Part shown: positions 24,513 to 37,521 of the stretch, piece by piece
How the letters are laid out: each line of letters begins with the position of its first letter
Position numbering within the stretch: the first letter of the stretch is position 1
Assembly (NCBI RefSeq): GCF_006345805.1
Contig: NC_043009.1
Coordinates: forward strand, 57,350,001-57,414,000
Length of the DNA: 64,000 nucleotides
Direction of reading: 5' to 3'
Origin: Octopus sinensis
Lineage: Eukaryota
The notes under the pieces: generated by a model
Told to the model about the DNA's origin: nothing
The model's database searches: none
Seen by the model: the letters and a program-made list of their open reading frames with translations, nothing else
Translations under genes and position numbers: made by a program

Positions 24513-25016
24513 CCGTAAATCCTCGAGTATAATCCGCATTTCCCCCCAAAATTTAAAGGTAAAAATCCCTAGAACGTATTATACACGAGGTCAAAAATGA
24601 AAATTATTCTCTAAGCAATGTCCGCATCTCTATTTGCTGTCCGGCAATGTGTATTCAGACGCATTTTGTGATGTCGGGCGCAAAAATACCTTAAGCTAAG
24701 CCTGGAAGCAATGAAGTCATAAAAGAATCATCCATAACTTGCAGTAAGCAACATTTATTAAACTTTATTACTGTTATTTTCTGCAAACAAAATGCACAAA
24801 AAAGCTACACATTTGCATTATGTTATATGTACAATAATAATAGAGGACGTTACCGTATGCATTTTTACAAACCAAGGACGTTTTATAGACCTCCTTGACT
24901 CAAGTTAGAGAAGGGGTGCATATTATACACAAGGTTTAGGTTTTTCAGAGGTACATCCCCCTAAAAATCCCCCTGCATATTATATTCAAGGGCGGATTAT
25001 ACTCGAGGATTTACGG
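24513..25016. mobile_element. pogo/Tigger-like MITE
   Basis: TIR CCGTAAATCCTCGAGTATAATCCGC at both ends, TA flanks. Inverted second copy at 57119-57608. Confidence 0.9.
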
Positions 25017-25432
25017 TAACTGTTTATTAATTAATTTATGGCGAAAATGATTTTCATGGCATTGATTAGCCTATAAAAGTGTATCATTACACTGAATATG
25101 AAATCAATTCGAACAGAAATTGAAATTCGCAGCCGAATAGAAAAGATCCGAGTTTTGTACTTCTTTGAAATTAATAAATGTCTTCCGTGAAAAAAAAACT
25201 GACTTCTGCAATGCAATTTGCATATATTAGAGTACATTACATCAAAGTACAACATACCACACTGTGCATATAGTGTCTACTTTTCGTCCCACGACAGTTT
25301 CTACCATGATATTTTGCAAATAGCAGAAAGTGGCAAGTCTGCAGAATCCTTTGCGCAATGGACAAGATGCTTGCTTCGCGGCATTTCGTCCGTCTTCCCA
25401 TGAGAACCACGACTTGGTATTGCATCAGGGCA

Positions 25433-25449
25433 TTTATTATTATTATTGC

Positions 25450-25518
<69 letters not shown>

Positions 25519-25538
25519 CATTATTATTATTATTATCA

Positions 25539-25602
<64 letters not shown>

Positions 25603-25827
25603 CACTATTATTAGGGCGGCGAGCTGGCAGAATCGTTAGCACGCCGGGCGATATGCTTAGCGGTATTTCGTTTGTCTTTGCGTTCTGAGTTCAAATTCTG
25701 CCGAGGTCAACTTTGCCTTTCATCCTATCGGGGTTAATAAATTAAATACCAGTTGCGTACTGGAGTCGATCTAATCGACTGGTCCCCTCCTCCCAAAAGT
25801 TCGGGCCTTGCGGCTAGAGTAGAAAAG

Positions 25828-25882
<55 letters not shown>

Positions 25883-26122
25883 TATTATTATTATTATTAT
25901 TAATGCGGTGAGCTGGCAGAACCGTTAGCACGCCAGGCAAGATGCTTAGCGGCATTTCGCCCGTCTTCTTTACATTCTGAGGTCAAATAGTGCCGAGGTC
26001 TGGTTTGCCTAATATCTTTTCGGGGTCGATTAACTAAGTACCGGTTTAGCACTGGGGTCGATGTAATCGACTCGTGCCCACCCCTCCAAATTCCAGGCTT
26101 TGTGTCTATAGCAGAAAGGATA
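25433..26122 (+). mobile_element. Two E-type SINEs (25613-25830, 25903-26122) embedded in (ATT)n tracts
   Basis: Both heads directly follow (ATT)n. The first tail runs into (ATT)n. Confidence 0.85.
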
Positions 26123-26539
26123 TTTTACATACAGCATAGTACCTTGTACCATACTACAGGTTCTGTCACGGTACTATTCAAGTAGCATTGTACCGCACAT
26201 TACGCAACACCCACAGTACTATACTAAGAACATTAGTACCTTACAACATACTGCAGACTCCATCACTGCTATTACCACCACCAGCATTACGCAACACCAT
26301 CATCGTCACCATGAGAAAGCACAGACAATTCCAGCCAACCAACGAACCAACCAGCCAACCAGCCCCCCGCCCCCGCCCCCCCCACCAACATCACCACTGA
26401 GCTCGCTGTAAGGTGGGCGGGTCTAAATGTTTTTGATCTGTCTGTGTATTTGCATTCAAAACGAGGCAGAGTCGTACTGTATTGGTAGCTGTATTGGTAC
26501 ATCTGTACTGGTTGTTGGTAAAAGTAGTTGTCTCTTGGT

Positions 26540-27027
26540 CTCACGCACACACACGCAGACATCTGTATGCCAACGTACACATACATACATACATACATAC
26601 ATACATACATACATACATACATACACACATACATGCATACATACATACATATATATATACATACATACATACATACATACATACATGCATACATACATAC
26701 ATATATATATACATACATACATACATACATACATACATACATGCATACATGCATACATACATAATACTTATATCAATGCATGCATGCATACATATATATA
26801 CGCATTTAAATGCATGCGCACTCAAGTGTGTGTGTGTGTATATATATTTTTATATATGTGTGTATATGTGTGTGTGTGTGTGTCTCACTCACTCGCAGAC
26901 ATCTGTATTTGAACATACACACACACACACAAACATACATACATACACACACACATACATATATTAATGCAAGCTAGCACACATACATACGCATTTAAAT
27001 GCATGCGCACTCAGGAGAGTGCGTGTG

Positions 27028-27074
<47 letters not shown>

Positions 27075-27141
27075 GTGTGTGTGTGTGTATGTCTCACACA
27101 CACACATACACATTAAATGCATGCGCACTCAAGTGCGTGTC

Positions 27142-27194
<53 letters not shown>

Positions 27195-27321
27195 ATGTCA
27201 CACACACACGCACATCTGTATTTGAACATACACACACATACAAACATACATACATACATACATACATACACACACGCACACATACATACACATTTAAATA
27301 CATGCGCACTCAATTGCGTGC

Positions 27322-27409
<88 letters not shown>

Positions 27410-27410
27410 G
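26540..27410. repeat. Composite (CATA)/(TA)/(TG)/(CA) microsatellite with a recurring spacer
   Basis: TTAAAT(G/A)CATGCGCACTCA near 26806, 26996, 27113 and 27296. Confidence 0.85.
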
Positions 27411-27584
27411 TTGGTCTTTTACAGTGTGTGCTCAGAATATATGGAAAGCACATAAATGATAACACAAACAACAAAATAACAATATAAACAATAAAAAAAG
27501 TCTCAAAAATATCTTATATAATGAATACTTATGAGAAAATTATACAATAAAAAAAAAATGAACACCGGCTACAACAACAAGGTC

Positions 27585-27616
<32 letters not shown>

Positions 27617-27996
27617 CAATAACAACAACAGCAGCAGTGGCGAGAAAGCAACCACAGCAGTGGTAACAACAACAACAACAGCAACAATAATTGTACCCAT
27701 TACTAACAAAAATAAAAAAAACATCCAACAAGAAGAAGAATAAGGATCAGCTGCTGGGGTAACAACCTCAATTGCAACAACAATAGCAACAACAACTATG
27801 GCCCCTGCAGTTACAACAACAACAGTCACAGCAGCAACAACAACAACAGCAGCAACAGCAACAGCAACCAATCACCACAGCAACAGTTGCTGATATGACA
27901 TTTATCACAACAACAACAACAACAACAAGTATAACTACAGCAGTTACAACAACAACGACATCTGTAGTCCAAGGTGATAGTTATAACAACAACAAC

Positions 27997-28068
<72 letters not shown>

Positions 28069-28394
28069 TGATGATGATGATGATGATGACGATTTCCTAC
28101 AGTTACAACAACAACAGCGGCGACTCCCACAGCAATATAAGAAGATAAGTTAATGTAAAAGTATATATGTAAAAGCATGTATTTGTCTGGGTATGTGTAC
28201 TTTTGACTGGCCGACATTTTCCATCTATCTACTGGAGTGTTTAAACAGCACACAGACACACGCACACATACATACACACGCGTGTGTATATGTACACATT
28301 CACACACATATATTTAATGACAGTTGCAGTAAAAATTAGATGAATATTTCTGTCCGGGCACGTGTACTTTTTAAAATGCATGCAACCTGCTATT

Positions 28395-29005
28395 GCATCT
28401 GAATTATATAATACAGTAGATGGATCTCCACCGTTTTTCGACGATGAGTAGTTATATTTTGGTACCAAGACCCTTAGCAGAATTACCGGTTACCGTTGGT
28501 CGGTTTTCGTAACCAATCAACCACTCTACTCAAAATCTGGGAAGCTTCCTGTTATTTGTGCGATTCGGGACCACCAGCTCAGACTGTTTGGTCATGTTGC
28601 TCTGCAGTGTATCATAAAGTAAATGGATCTCCGCCGTTTTCGACGATGACTTGTCATCTTTTGGTACCAAGACTCTTCGCAGAATTATGGGTTACCATTG
28701 GTCGGATTTCGTAACCAATCAACCACTCTACTCAGAAACTGGGATGCGTCCCATTACTTGTGCGATTCGGGACCACCAGTTCAAACTGTTAGGCCATATT
28801 GCTCTGCAGCATATAATAACATAAAGGGATCTCCGTCGTTTTCGACGATGTGTAGTCATCCTTTGGTAAACAAGAAGCTTCGCAGGTTCATAGCTTACCA
28901 TTGGTCGGATTTCGTATCCAGCGATCAAATATTCTCAAAATCTGGGATTCGTCTTGTTACTTGTATGATTAGGGAACACCAAGTCAGAATGTTTGGCCAT
29001 TTCGC
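28395..29005 (+). repeat. ~203-bp x3 tandem repeat derived from RTE-clade LINE RT C-terminus
   Basis: GGATCTCC at 28422, 28625 and 28827. Units translate like LRRFIAYHWSDFVSSDQIFSKSGIRLVTCMIREHQVRMFGHFAR. Confidence 0.75.
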
Positions 29006-29407
29006 CCGGCGTGCTTCAACACACGAACTCATAAAGACTCTTGCAAACCAAATCCCAAAACGAAAAATAAGAATGACATATGCAGGAAAACCATCTTGGG
29101 ATAAATAAAGACGTTGGCCCCAACATAAAGAATATTGGTGGAATATTTCCATGAAAATTTCTGCCAGTTTCAAGAAGTCCTGATATGATCAAAACCGCCT
29201 TAACAGCTCCTGGTTTTATAGATGATTGTGCTGGAAAATGGGTTCAGCGCAGTGCAACACCGGAAAACAAATTCTTGCACAGGAACTTCTTGGACTCTCG
29301 GAATATTTGCATGAACTTACTGAGCTCAAGGAGTGGTCTTTCTTTGTCACGAGTTGACTTCCACCATGTCAGTCTGTCTTTATGTATGTATGTATGTATG
29401 TATGTAT

Positions 29408-30280
29408 GTTGTTAAGTTTTATTTCACGAGTTCTTGCCAATAGAGAAAAAGCCGGTTTCTAACCTAGATCCTAGGCTCCTTCATTAGAATTTCAACATCA
29501 ACAATAGGGTATGAATGTATGTATGTATATATGTATATATGTATGTATGTTGTTATTAAGTTTTATTTCAAGATTTCTTGCCAATAGAGAAAGAGCTAGA
29601 TTCAAAACTTCATGGGAATTTCAGGGCATCATCAGGGCATTTATATACATTTGCGTGTGTATGTGCAATATTTGTAGTCAGCATATGTGCATATTTGTAT
29701 GATTTGTTTTATGTATGCATTCTCAGGTATAATAGTTGTATGTATAGATACGTACATATGTACGTTCGTTCGTACGTACGTATGTACGTATGCATGTATG
29801 TATGTCAGTGTTCAATTTTATTTCAAGATTTCTTGCCAATTGAGAAAGAACCGGTTTCTAACCTAGATCCAAGGCTCCTTCATAAGAATTTCAACATCAA
29901 CAATAGGGAATGTATGTATGTATGTATGTATGTATGTATGAATGTATATGTGCAGATTTATATGTTTTGTTTTATGTATGTATTCTCATACATATAGATG
30001 CATATTTAGACATGCTCATACATATTTAAATGATAAACTTCTGGAAAGTTTTAAAGATTTTTACAGTTCCATTGAGGGATTGGATCTGTAGTCTTCGAAT
30101 TAGCTTTCTCATTTCTGGTTTTGAGAAACCCAATTTCTTAAGATTGGTATTTAGGCAGTGTATTATATATCCCAGGGCTCCAATAATTACAGGTATAAAC
30201 CTGGACTTGTAATCTGGATAGAATAACTGCGGATTTCTCAATAATTCAGCTGGGTATTCTGTTTTTTTACTGTAGTATGT
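29408..30280 (-). mobile_element. RLE-type non-LTR element C-terminus plus three stacked 3' termini in (CATA)n
   Basis: FYPDYKSRFIPVIIGALG...LQIQSLNGTVKIFKTF*. Terminus motif ...GGCAAGAA.TC.TGAAATAAAA (minus strand) at 29408-29510, 29549-29625 and 29803-29911. Confidence 0.75.
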
Positions 30281-30281
30281 A

Positions 30282-31131
30282 CGTATCTGATCAATAAGTA
30301 TCGGGACTGTTGCCATAGTAACGAAGCTAAAGCACGCAGAGTGAAGCCGCTTAGCAGAGATTGACCTTGAACTCTGCTGTGCATGCGCACTAAATTTTAA
30401 CGTTCTAGCTCACTTCCGCTGTTTACAACCGAGCTTGGAAGGAACGTGTATAGCGTGTGATCGTCGCATTGACCATGACAGAAAGTTGGGCAGAGAATTT
30501 GCATCAAATTTTGCCAAAAGATTGGCGATACCTGCTCAGAGGCCGACGCGAAGTTTTCAGAAAGTTTTCATCGTTCTCGACAAAATGAAGGAGATCTTGT
30601 GCAACTGAAACCCGATTGTCTCTTTGGTCAGCTGAAAGCAGTTTTGGCACAAACTTTGCAGACACAAGTCTCATACTCAGAACTTATATGGACTGAAATG
30701 AACTATAACTAATCTGCACATTTGATAACGCACGGATGGTGATTCGATGATTTCCCCTCACAGCTACACGCATATCTGTGATGCTATTTTCAGTTCTGGT
30801 GGATGCGAGTATTCCAGAACGCTCTTCAATATCGACATTATTTTCAGCCATCTTGGAAACGTGTTAACCATTCGTACACTCCTCTACACACAATTTCTGC
30901 AACTTTGCGTTGGCCTTCTGAACCGGCAACTCCATAATAATTTTTTCTGTCATTGTCAATGCAACGATCACACGCTACACACCTTCCTTCCAGGCACTGC
31001 TGTAAACAGCAAAAGTGAGCTAGAACGTGGCGCAGCAGAGTTCAAGGTCAATCTGTGCTAAGCGGCTTCACTCTGCGTGCTTTAGCTTCGTTACTATGGC
31101 AAGAGTCCGAATACTTATTGATCAAACTTCG
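30282..31131. mobile_element. Mariner derivative made of two 5' ends head-to-head
   Basis: Mariner-type TIR TGATCAATAAGTAT at both ends with TA flanks. Inverted arms of ~290 bp. Minus strand encodes LSMRLVSAKFVPKLLSADQRDNRVSVAQDLL. Confidence 0.8.
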
Positions 31132-31474
31132 TATGTATGTGTGTATGTATGTACGCACGAATGTACTTATGTATCTATGTGTATATGTATTTATGTATTT
31201 ATGTATTTTAGTAATTGTCTTGGCGACAATCTGAAAGAAAGCTAGAATTTTCCGGCAAGGAATGTGATTCGCTAATGTACACAGTTTACAGATACAATCT
31301 TTAACTAGAATAGCAAAATTACGTTATGTAACACTTGTTATTACTAACCAAATTCCAACGAGCGAGTTTTGTGTCATTTGTTACAAATCTATTCATTTCT
31401 AGAAGGAAGAAGAATTCCAGTGTATTAAAAATGCATGCATACGTGTGCATATGCATGCGTACATACATACTTAC

Positions 31475-31567
31475 AGCCGTTCAAGAATTTGGACCTGGAG
31501 ATCTCCATTTCCAGCGACTTCGAGGGCCACCCCCCAGTGGTGTCGGGCGTCAACGAAGAACCCTCGA
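31475..31567 (-). CDS. Candidate symmetric 93-bp internal exon
   Basis: Minus strand acceptor CTTTGGTCGTCTTGTTGTAG| and donor |GTAAGT. GC-rich island. Open in two frames: EGSSLTPDTTGGWPSKSLEMEISRSKFLNG or RGFFVDARHHWGVALEVAGNGDLQVQILER. Confidence 0.45.
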
Positions 31568-31940
31568 CTACAACAAGACGACCAAAGTTTTTTTTTTCCA
31601 AGGTCTGGGGTCTCCCGCCCCTAAGCCCTAGGCCATCATCTAACCACCCCTACCCGTCTTGTTGCTTAACAACAACAACAACTACATACTTACAAAGATG
31701 CATGCATTCGTACATAAACACACATGGATACATACATACATATATGTGTACATACATACATACTTTACATACATACGCAAACATACATACTTACATACAT
31801 GCATGCATAGTTGATGAAGGCTAAATTGCAATAAGAGAATTTTGCTTCTATGTTACAAGCGGTCTCTTTCTGTATTGATGAGAAATTTGGAAAAATATGC
31901 CCAGGAACCGGTCCCCCACCACAAATATAAAAATACACAT

Positions 31941-32101
31941 GCGCAGGTGTGACTGTGTGGTAAGAAGTTTGCTTACCAACCAGTTGGTTCCGAGTTCAGT
32001 CGTACTGCGTGGCACCTTGGCCAAATGTCTTCTATTATAGCCTCGGGCCGACCAAAGCCTTGTGAATGTATCTGGCAGACGGAATCTAGAAGAAGCCCAT
32101 C

Positions 32102-32172
<71 letters not shown>

Positions 32173-32231
32173 CATACATATATATATATACATATATACA
32201 CATACACACATATATATATACATATATATAC

Positions 32232-32262
<31 letters not shown>

Positions 32263-32263
32263 C

Positions 32264-32318
<55 letters not shown>

Positions 32319-32557
32319 GTATGTATATATGTGTGTGTGTGTGTGTCTGTGTTTGTCCCCAACTACCGCTGATAACCGGTATTGGTGTGTTTACATCCCC
32401 GTAACATAGCAGTTTGGCAAAGAGCCCGATGGAATAAGTACCAGGATTGAATTATAAAATAAGTCCCCGGGTCTCGATTCATTCGACTTGAAATTCTTCG
32501 AGGCGGTGCTCCAGCATGGCCGCAGTCAAATGATTGAATCGAAATAAAAGATTAAAA
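31941..32557 (+). mobile_element. Group A SINE with expanded (~250 bp) internal TA-rich microsatellite
   Basis: Head at 31941, GAAGCCCATCG, long tract, then GTTTGTCCCC and tail. Confidence 0.85.
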
Positions 32558-32762
32558 ACTGCATGCATACATATATTTACAAATCATTTATACAACGAAT
32601 ACATTCCAGAAATTTAGCCTGGAGTATGTACACACAGCGACATACAAACATACATACATAAACGCACACACACAGATAGCTATACACACATGTGTGTGTA
32701 TATATATATATATAAATATATATACGTATATATATATATATGCATATAAATATCTATCTATC

Positions 32763-32813
<51 letters not shown>

Positions 32814-33441
32814 GCGTATATATATATATTATATATATATATATATATATGTATATGTATATGTATATGTGTGTGTATATATATATATATACGTATATAT
32901 TCTTATATATATATATATATACATATATATGTATGTATTTATATATATATACACATATGTATGTATACACACACACACACACATATACATATATATATAA
33001 TATAATATATATATATGTCAGAACATACAGCTTCACAGACATACAAGTACACACACACATACACACACATAATGAGTGACGTGCGTGCATGCATACCTAA
33101 ACTGTGTAGATACATAGATACAGGCGTACATTCAATCACGTGCGCTCGTGGCCTAGACTCATATAACGAGTAGTCATACATATCCTAAGGAGACATGTCC
33201 ACGCATACACCTACGCAGACATATATACACATAGACGTATACACACAAATACACACACACGCATACGCACACACACACGCACAGATACAGCAACTGACTA
33301 ACGTATCCGCAAATCTCTGAAACATTTTATTCAAATGAAAACGTTTTTTGATAGTGACCGGCTTAAACTCTGGGAACTTAAATCTTAAAGATAAACTTAG
33401 ATACATCCGTTCACCCATCCCTCGCTTTTCACCCCCAACAC

Positions 33442-33473
<32 letters not shown>

Positions 33474-33770
33474 GGATACGTACACGCATACATGATGATG
33501 ATGATTGCCTCATCTTGTCAGATGATATTCGTCTCTGATTTACTTCCATCCCTGCATATATGCAGACATGAGTTTTCCAAGCATACCACATATCCCTCTC
33601 TGTAGGACTTCGATACAATACAAAACGCACCAAGAAATGATAGTGCGATACCTGTTCGTAATCGCTTTTTAAGTGACGAAAGCTTGTACAACACTTTTGC
33701 TACTTTCACGGTCGCCATAGTAGGTTCCAATGACAAGCATTGTAAAATGACTAATACTATTTTAACTGCA

Positions 33771-34873
33771 AGTTTTATATCAGAGTAACTTTCTCCTAGG
33801 CCTCCTTTGGAAGGCCATGCTTTCGCGATCTTAGAAGTTTTATATCAGAGTAACTTTCTCCTAGGCCTCCTTTGGAAGGCCATGCTTTCGCGATCTCAGA
33901 AGTTTTATATCAGAGTAACTTTCTCCTAGGCCTCCTTTGGAAGGCCATGCTTTCGCGATCTCAGAAGTTTTATATCAGAGTAACTTTCTCCTAGGCCTCC
34001 TTTGGAAGGCCATGCTTTCGCGATCTTAGAAGTTTTATATCAGAGTAACTTTCTCCTAGGCCTCCTTTGGAAGGCCATGCTTTCGCGATCTTAGAAGTTT
34101 TATATCAGAGTAATTTTCTCCTAGGTCTCCTTTGGAAGGCCATGCTTTCGCGATCTTAGAAGTTTTATATCAGAGTAACTTTCTCCTAGGCCTCCTTTGG
34201 AAGGCCATGCTTTCGCGATCTTAGAAGTTTTATATCAGAGTAACTTTCTCTAGGCCTCCTTTGGAAGGCCATGCTTTCGCGATCTTAGAAGTTTTATATC
34301 AGAGTAACTTTCTCCTAGGCTCCTTTGGAAGGCCATGCTTTCGCGATCTTAGAAGTTTTATATCAGAGTAACTTCTCCTAGGCCTCCTTTGGAAGGCATG
34401 CTTTTCGCGATCTCAGAAGTTTTATATCAGAGTAACTTTCTCCTAGGCCTCCTTTGGAAGGCCATGCTTTCGCGATCTTAGAAGTTTTATATCAGAGTAA
34501 CTTTCTCCTAGGCCTCCTTTGGAAGGCCATGCTTTCGCGATCTTAGAAGTTTTATATCAGAGTAATTTTCTCCTAGGTCTCCTTTGGAAGGCCATGCTTT
34601 CGCGATCTTAGAAGTTTTATATCAGAGTAACTTTCTCCTAGGCCTCCTTTGGAAGGCCATGCTTTCGCGATCTTAGAAGTTTTATATCAGAGTAACTTTC
34701 TCCTAGGCCTCCTTTGGAAGGCCATGCTTTCGCGATCTTAGAAGTTTTATATCAGAGTAATTTTCTCCTAGGTCTCCTTTGGAAGGCCATGCTTTCGCGA
34801 TCTTAGAAGTTTTATATCAGAGTAACTTTCTCCTAGGCCTCCTTTGGAAGGCCATGCTTTCGCGATCTTAGAA
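33771..34873. repeat. 65-bp minisatellite, 17 near-identical units
   Basis: CAGAGTAA counted at 33781, 33846, 33911 ... 34818. Confidence 0.97.
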
Positions 34874-34904
34874 ACGGGACTATATAACCTTAAACTGCAC
34901 CCGG

Positions 34905-35122
34905 TAGTCGGGCTCTGATTCAGTTCTTGGTTTTGGGTAAAACAAAATACAGGAGGATCAGCTAATTATGATTTTATTCAGTCTATTCCCCTCTCAGATT
35001 CACACACTTATTGCATCAGTCCTTCAGTTTTTCTAAGTCCTGTAAAAGAACTTGGAAGGTTTGGCCTCCAACGAGGCTTTTCGCGTTACCCTTAAAGCCA
35101 GGAACTTTTCAGCACACCCTCG
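34905..35122. mobile_element. Mariner-derived ~220-bp MITE, left TIR decayed
   Basis: Right TIR AAAGCCAGGAACTTTTCAGCACACCCTCG|TA. Homolog at 38552-38773. Confidence 0.75.
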
Positions 35123-35349
35123 TATAATAATGTTCCTTGTGTAGGTTCTTCAGCGATCTAAGACACCAGTACCAACACTTCATAAATCCATGGCGATAGG
35201 GAAAAGTCAATGGGGTCAGGTACACGGTGCTACTGGAAGTTTTCGCTTAGGCCCTGCACACAGATGGCCATAAATGATGGTTGTTTTCCACAGCCCTACG
35301 CTGTGCAAACTACCTTCCTTTCTTGTCTCTTTATCTACCATGTCTATAA

Positions 35350-35607
35350 CTGGAGTCCCTAATTTGCATACCGAAAATTTTTAACCACTCTATAAACTCA
35401 ACAAAAAGAGCAGTTAATTCTATGCTGGAATCCCTAATTTGCATACCGAAAATTTTTAACCACTCTATAAACTCAACAAAAAGAGCAGTTAATTCTATGC
35501 TGGAATCCCTAATTTGCATACCGAAAATTTTTAACCGCTCTATAAACTTTATATATACTCAACAAATACAGCAGTTAATTCTATACTGGAGTCCCTAATT
35601 TGCATAC
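35350..35607 (-). repeat. Orphan short array of the 86-bp satellite, inverted relative to the main array
   Basis: Two 72-bp units plus one 86-bp unit of CTGGA(G/A)TCCCTAATTTGCATACCGAAAATTTTTAACC... Confidence 0.92.
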
Positions 35608-35710
35608 TTTTATTGACCCCGCGTTCGTCTAAGCATTCAGAGTCCATCAGTAGTGAATTGTACTGTGGGATACATAATTTTATTGCAACGTACGGTACTG
35701 TAACATATAA

Positions 35711-36204
35711 TTGACATGTATTCCCACAGCACATCATACCAACGACACTCCCAAACATAGTCGTCGTCTCAAATTCCACCAAACAAGTAATTATGTAGGA
35801 TCATGACTGTGCCATGGGAAGAACACATGTAGGGAACTCAGGACAAAAAGAATGCAAAATACAGGATCTGGTGGAGCAGTGTAGGAATCAAGCTTGGCGG
35901 GCACACTGAGAGGTAATTTAAATAGATTAGCGGGATTTTGTTGGGTGATTAGTCTTCGAAGCTCTGGCTGTGCTTGGAATTACTGGTGCAGCAGAGAGGA
36001 TGGTAAGAAATATGCTTCATCAACGAAGCCGCAGGGGAAGCAACTAGGTGGCTTTTGATAAAGAGAACAAACTCATGGCTTGTTACTGGGACGTAAGATG
36101 GTATTTTATTAGTCATAGCTGGGTCAAGTGGGTAAGTAGGTATGTTGTTAAAAGACCCGAAACTTCCTAAAACCCCAGGAATATCGCTGATGATGCACTT
36201 CAAA
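35711..36204 (+). pseudogene. HERO-like RLE non-LTR element 3' part
   Basis: FPQHIIPTTLPNIVVVSNSTKQV...TVPWEE...K..KY..LVEQCR...ALAVLGITG...WLLIKR, then a 3' UTR. Confidence 0.75.
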
Positions 36205-36232
36205 GCGTCCTTGAGATGTATATTTACATGTA

Positions 36233-36405
36233 CTTTTTACTCGTTTCATTCATTGGACTGCGACCGTGCTAGGGAACTACCTTGGAGAGTTAGATCAAAC
36301 AAATCAACCCTAGTACTTGATTCATGTTGGGTACTTTCCGCCGAACCGCTAAGTTGCGGTGATGTAAACAAACCAAGACTGGTTGTCAAGTATTGGTGAA
36401 GGATC
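36233..36405 (-). mobile_element. Old group A SINE 3' half
   Basis: Diverged match to the A tail. Confidence 0.7.
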
Positions 36406-36762
36406 AAATACACGCATATACACACACTCACACACACACAAACGCACACACAAAACGTACACGCACGCACACATACGCATTTATAGGCCAATCCATTATA
36501 AAATTACTCAAGCCATGATTATTCACAATGCTGGCGCTACGGCTGTTTCTATAGTTACCACTGTTTAGCTTTTATTACGGTGTTTGTTGTTGCTTTTATT
36601 GTTATAGTAATAGTCGTTGCTGTAGAGTAGACACTGTCTTTATTGTTTGCATTGCTCTATTTCTCATAGTCAAACTATTGTTGTTGTTGTTGGTGTTGTT
36701 GGTTATGCACTGGTTTTACTCTTCTTCCTCGTTCTGTTTTAGCTACTGCAACTGGAATAATG

Positions 36763-36803
<41 letters not shown>

Positions 36804-36830
36804 TACTACTACTACTACTACTACCCATAC

Positions 36831-36866
<36 letters not shown>

Positions 36867-36870
36867 CACC

Positions 36871-36934
<64 letters not shown>

Positions 36935-37010
36935 TTTATCATCATCATCATCGTCATCACCGTTGTTGTTGTTGTTGTTGTTTTTATTAATAAAAATTAA
37001 TATATTTTTA

Positions 37011-37417
37011 TGGCGGTGAATTGGAAGGAACGTAAGATCGTTGGCGCGTCGGACGATATGCTTAACAGTTTTCAAATTCCGCCGAGGTCGACTTTACCTT
37101 TCATCCCTTCGGGGTCAATTAAATAAGTACCAGTTACGCACTGGGGTCGATATAATCGACTTAATCCGTTTGTCTGTTCTTGTTTGTCCTCTCTGTGTTT
37201 AGCCCATTTTGGGTAGTAAAGAAATAGATATGCTTAGCAGTTTTTTTCTCCCGGCTTTTTACGCTCTGAAAGCAAATCCCGCTGACGGTAGCTTTACTTT
37301 TCATACTTTCAGAGTTGATAAAATAAGTACCAGTTAAATGCTGGGGTCCATGTAATAAGACTTATCTCCCCCCTCCTCACAAATTTCAGGCCTTGCTCCT
37401 ACAGTAGAAAGAATTAT
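37011..37417 (+). mobile_element. Diverged B SINE followed by a headless E-type unit
   Basis: Junction GGGTAGTAAAGAAATAG at ~37211. Confidence 0.75.
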
Positions 37418-37489
37418 TGCAACTACTTGTAGTAGTAGTAGTAGTAGTATTAGTAGTAGTAGTAGTGTTGTTACATAAGCAGAAAATAA

Positions 37490-37521
<32 letters not shown>

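Noticed and set aside
29160-29375. Non-repetitive 76-aa ORF / possible exon
   Set aside because: No convincing donor on the plus strand, and the minus-strand GTAAGT lacks a pyrimidine-rich acceptor.
29440-29490. Hammerhead-like CT(A/T)ATGA...hairpin...GAAACCGG in the RLE terminus
   Set aside because: G5 is missing in all three copies and stem I does not pair. Kept only as a structured 3' UTR.
33771-34873. Regular repeat arrays (65-bp, 86-bp, 184-bp, 16-bp) as CRISPR
   Set aside because: No unique spacers, no cas genes, eukaryotic context.
36155-36200. GAAA...CTGATGA in the HERO-like 3' UTR as a type-II hammerhead
   Set aside because: No room for a stem I hairpin (3 nt), and stem III needs a bulge next to the core.
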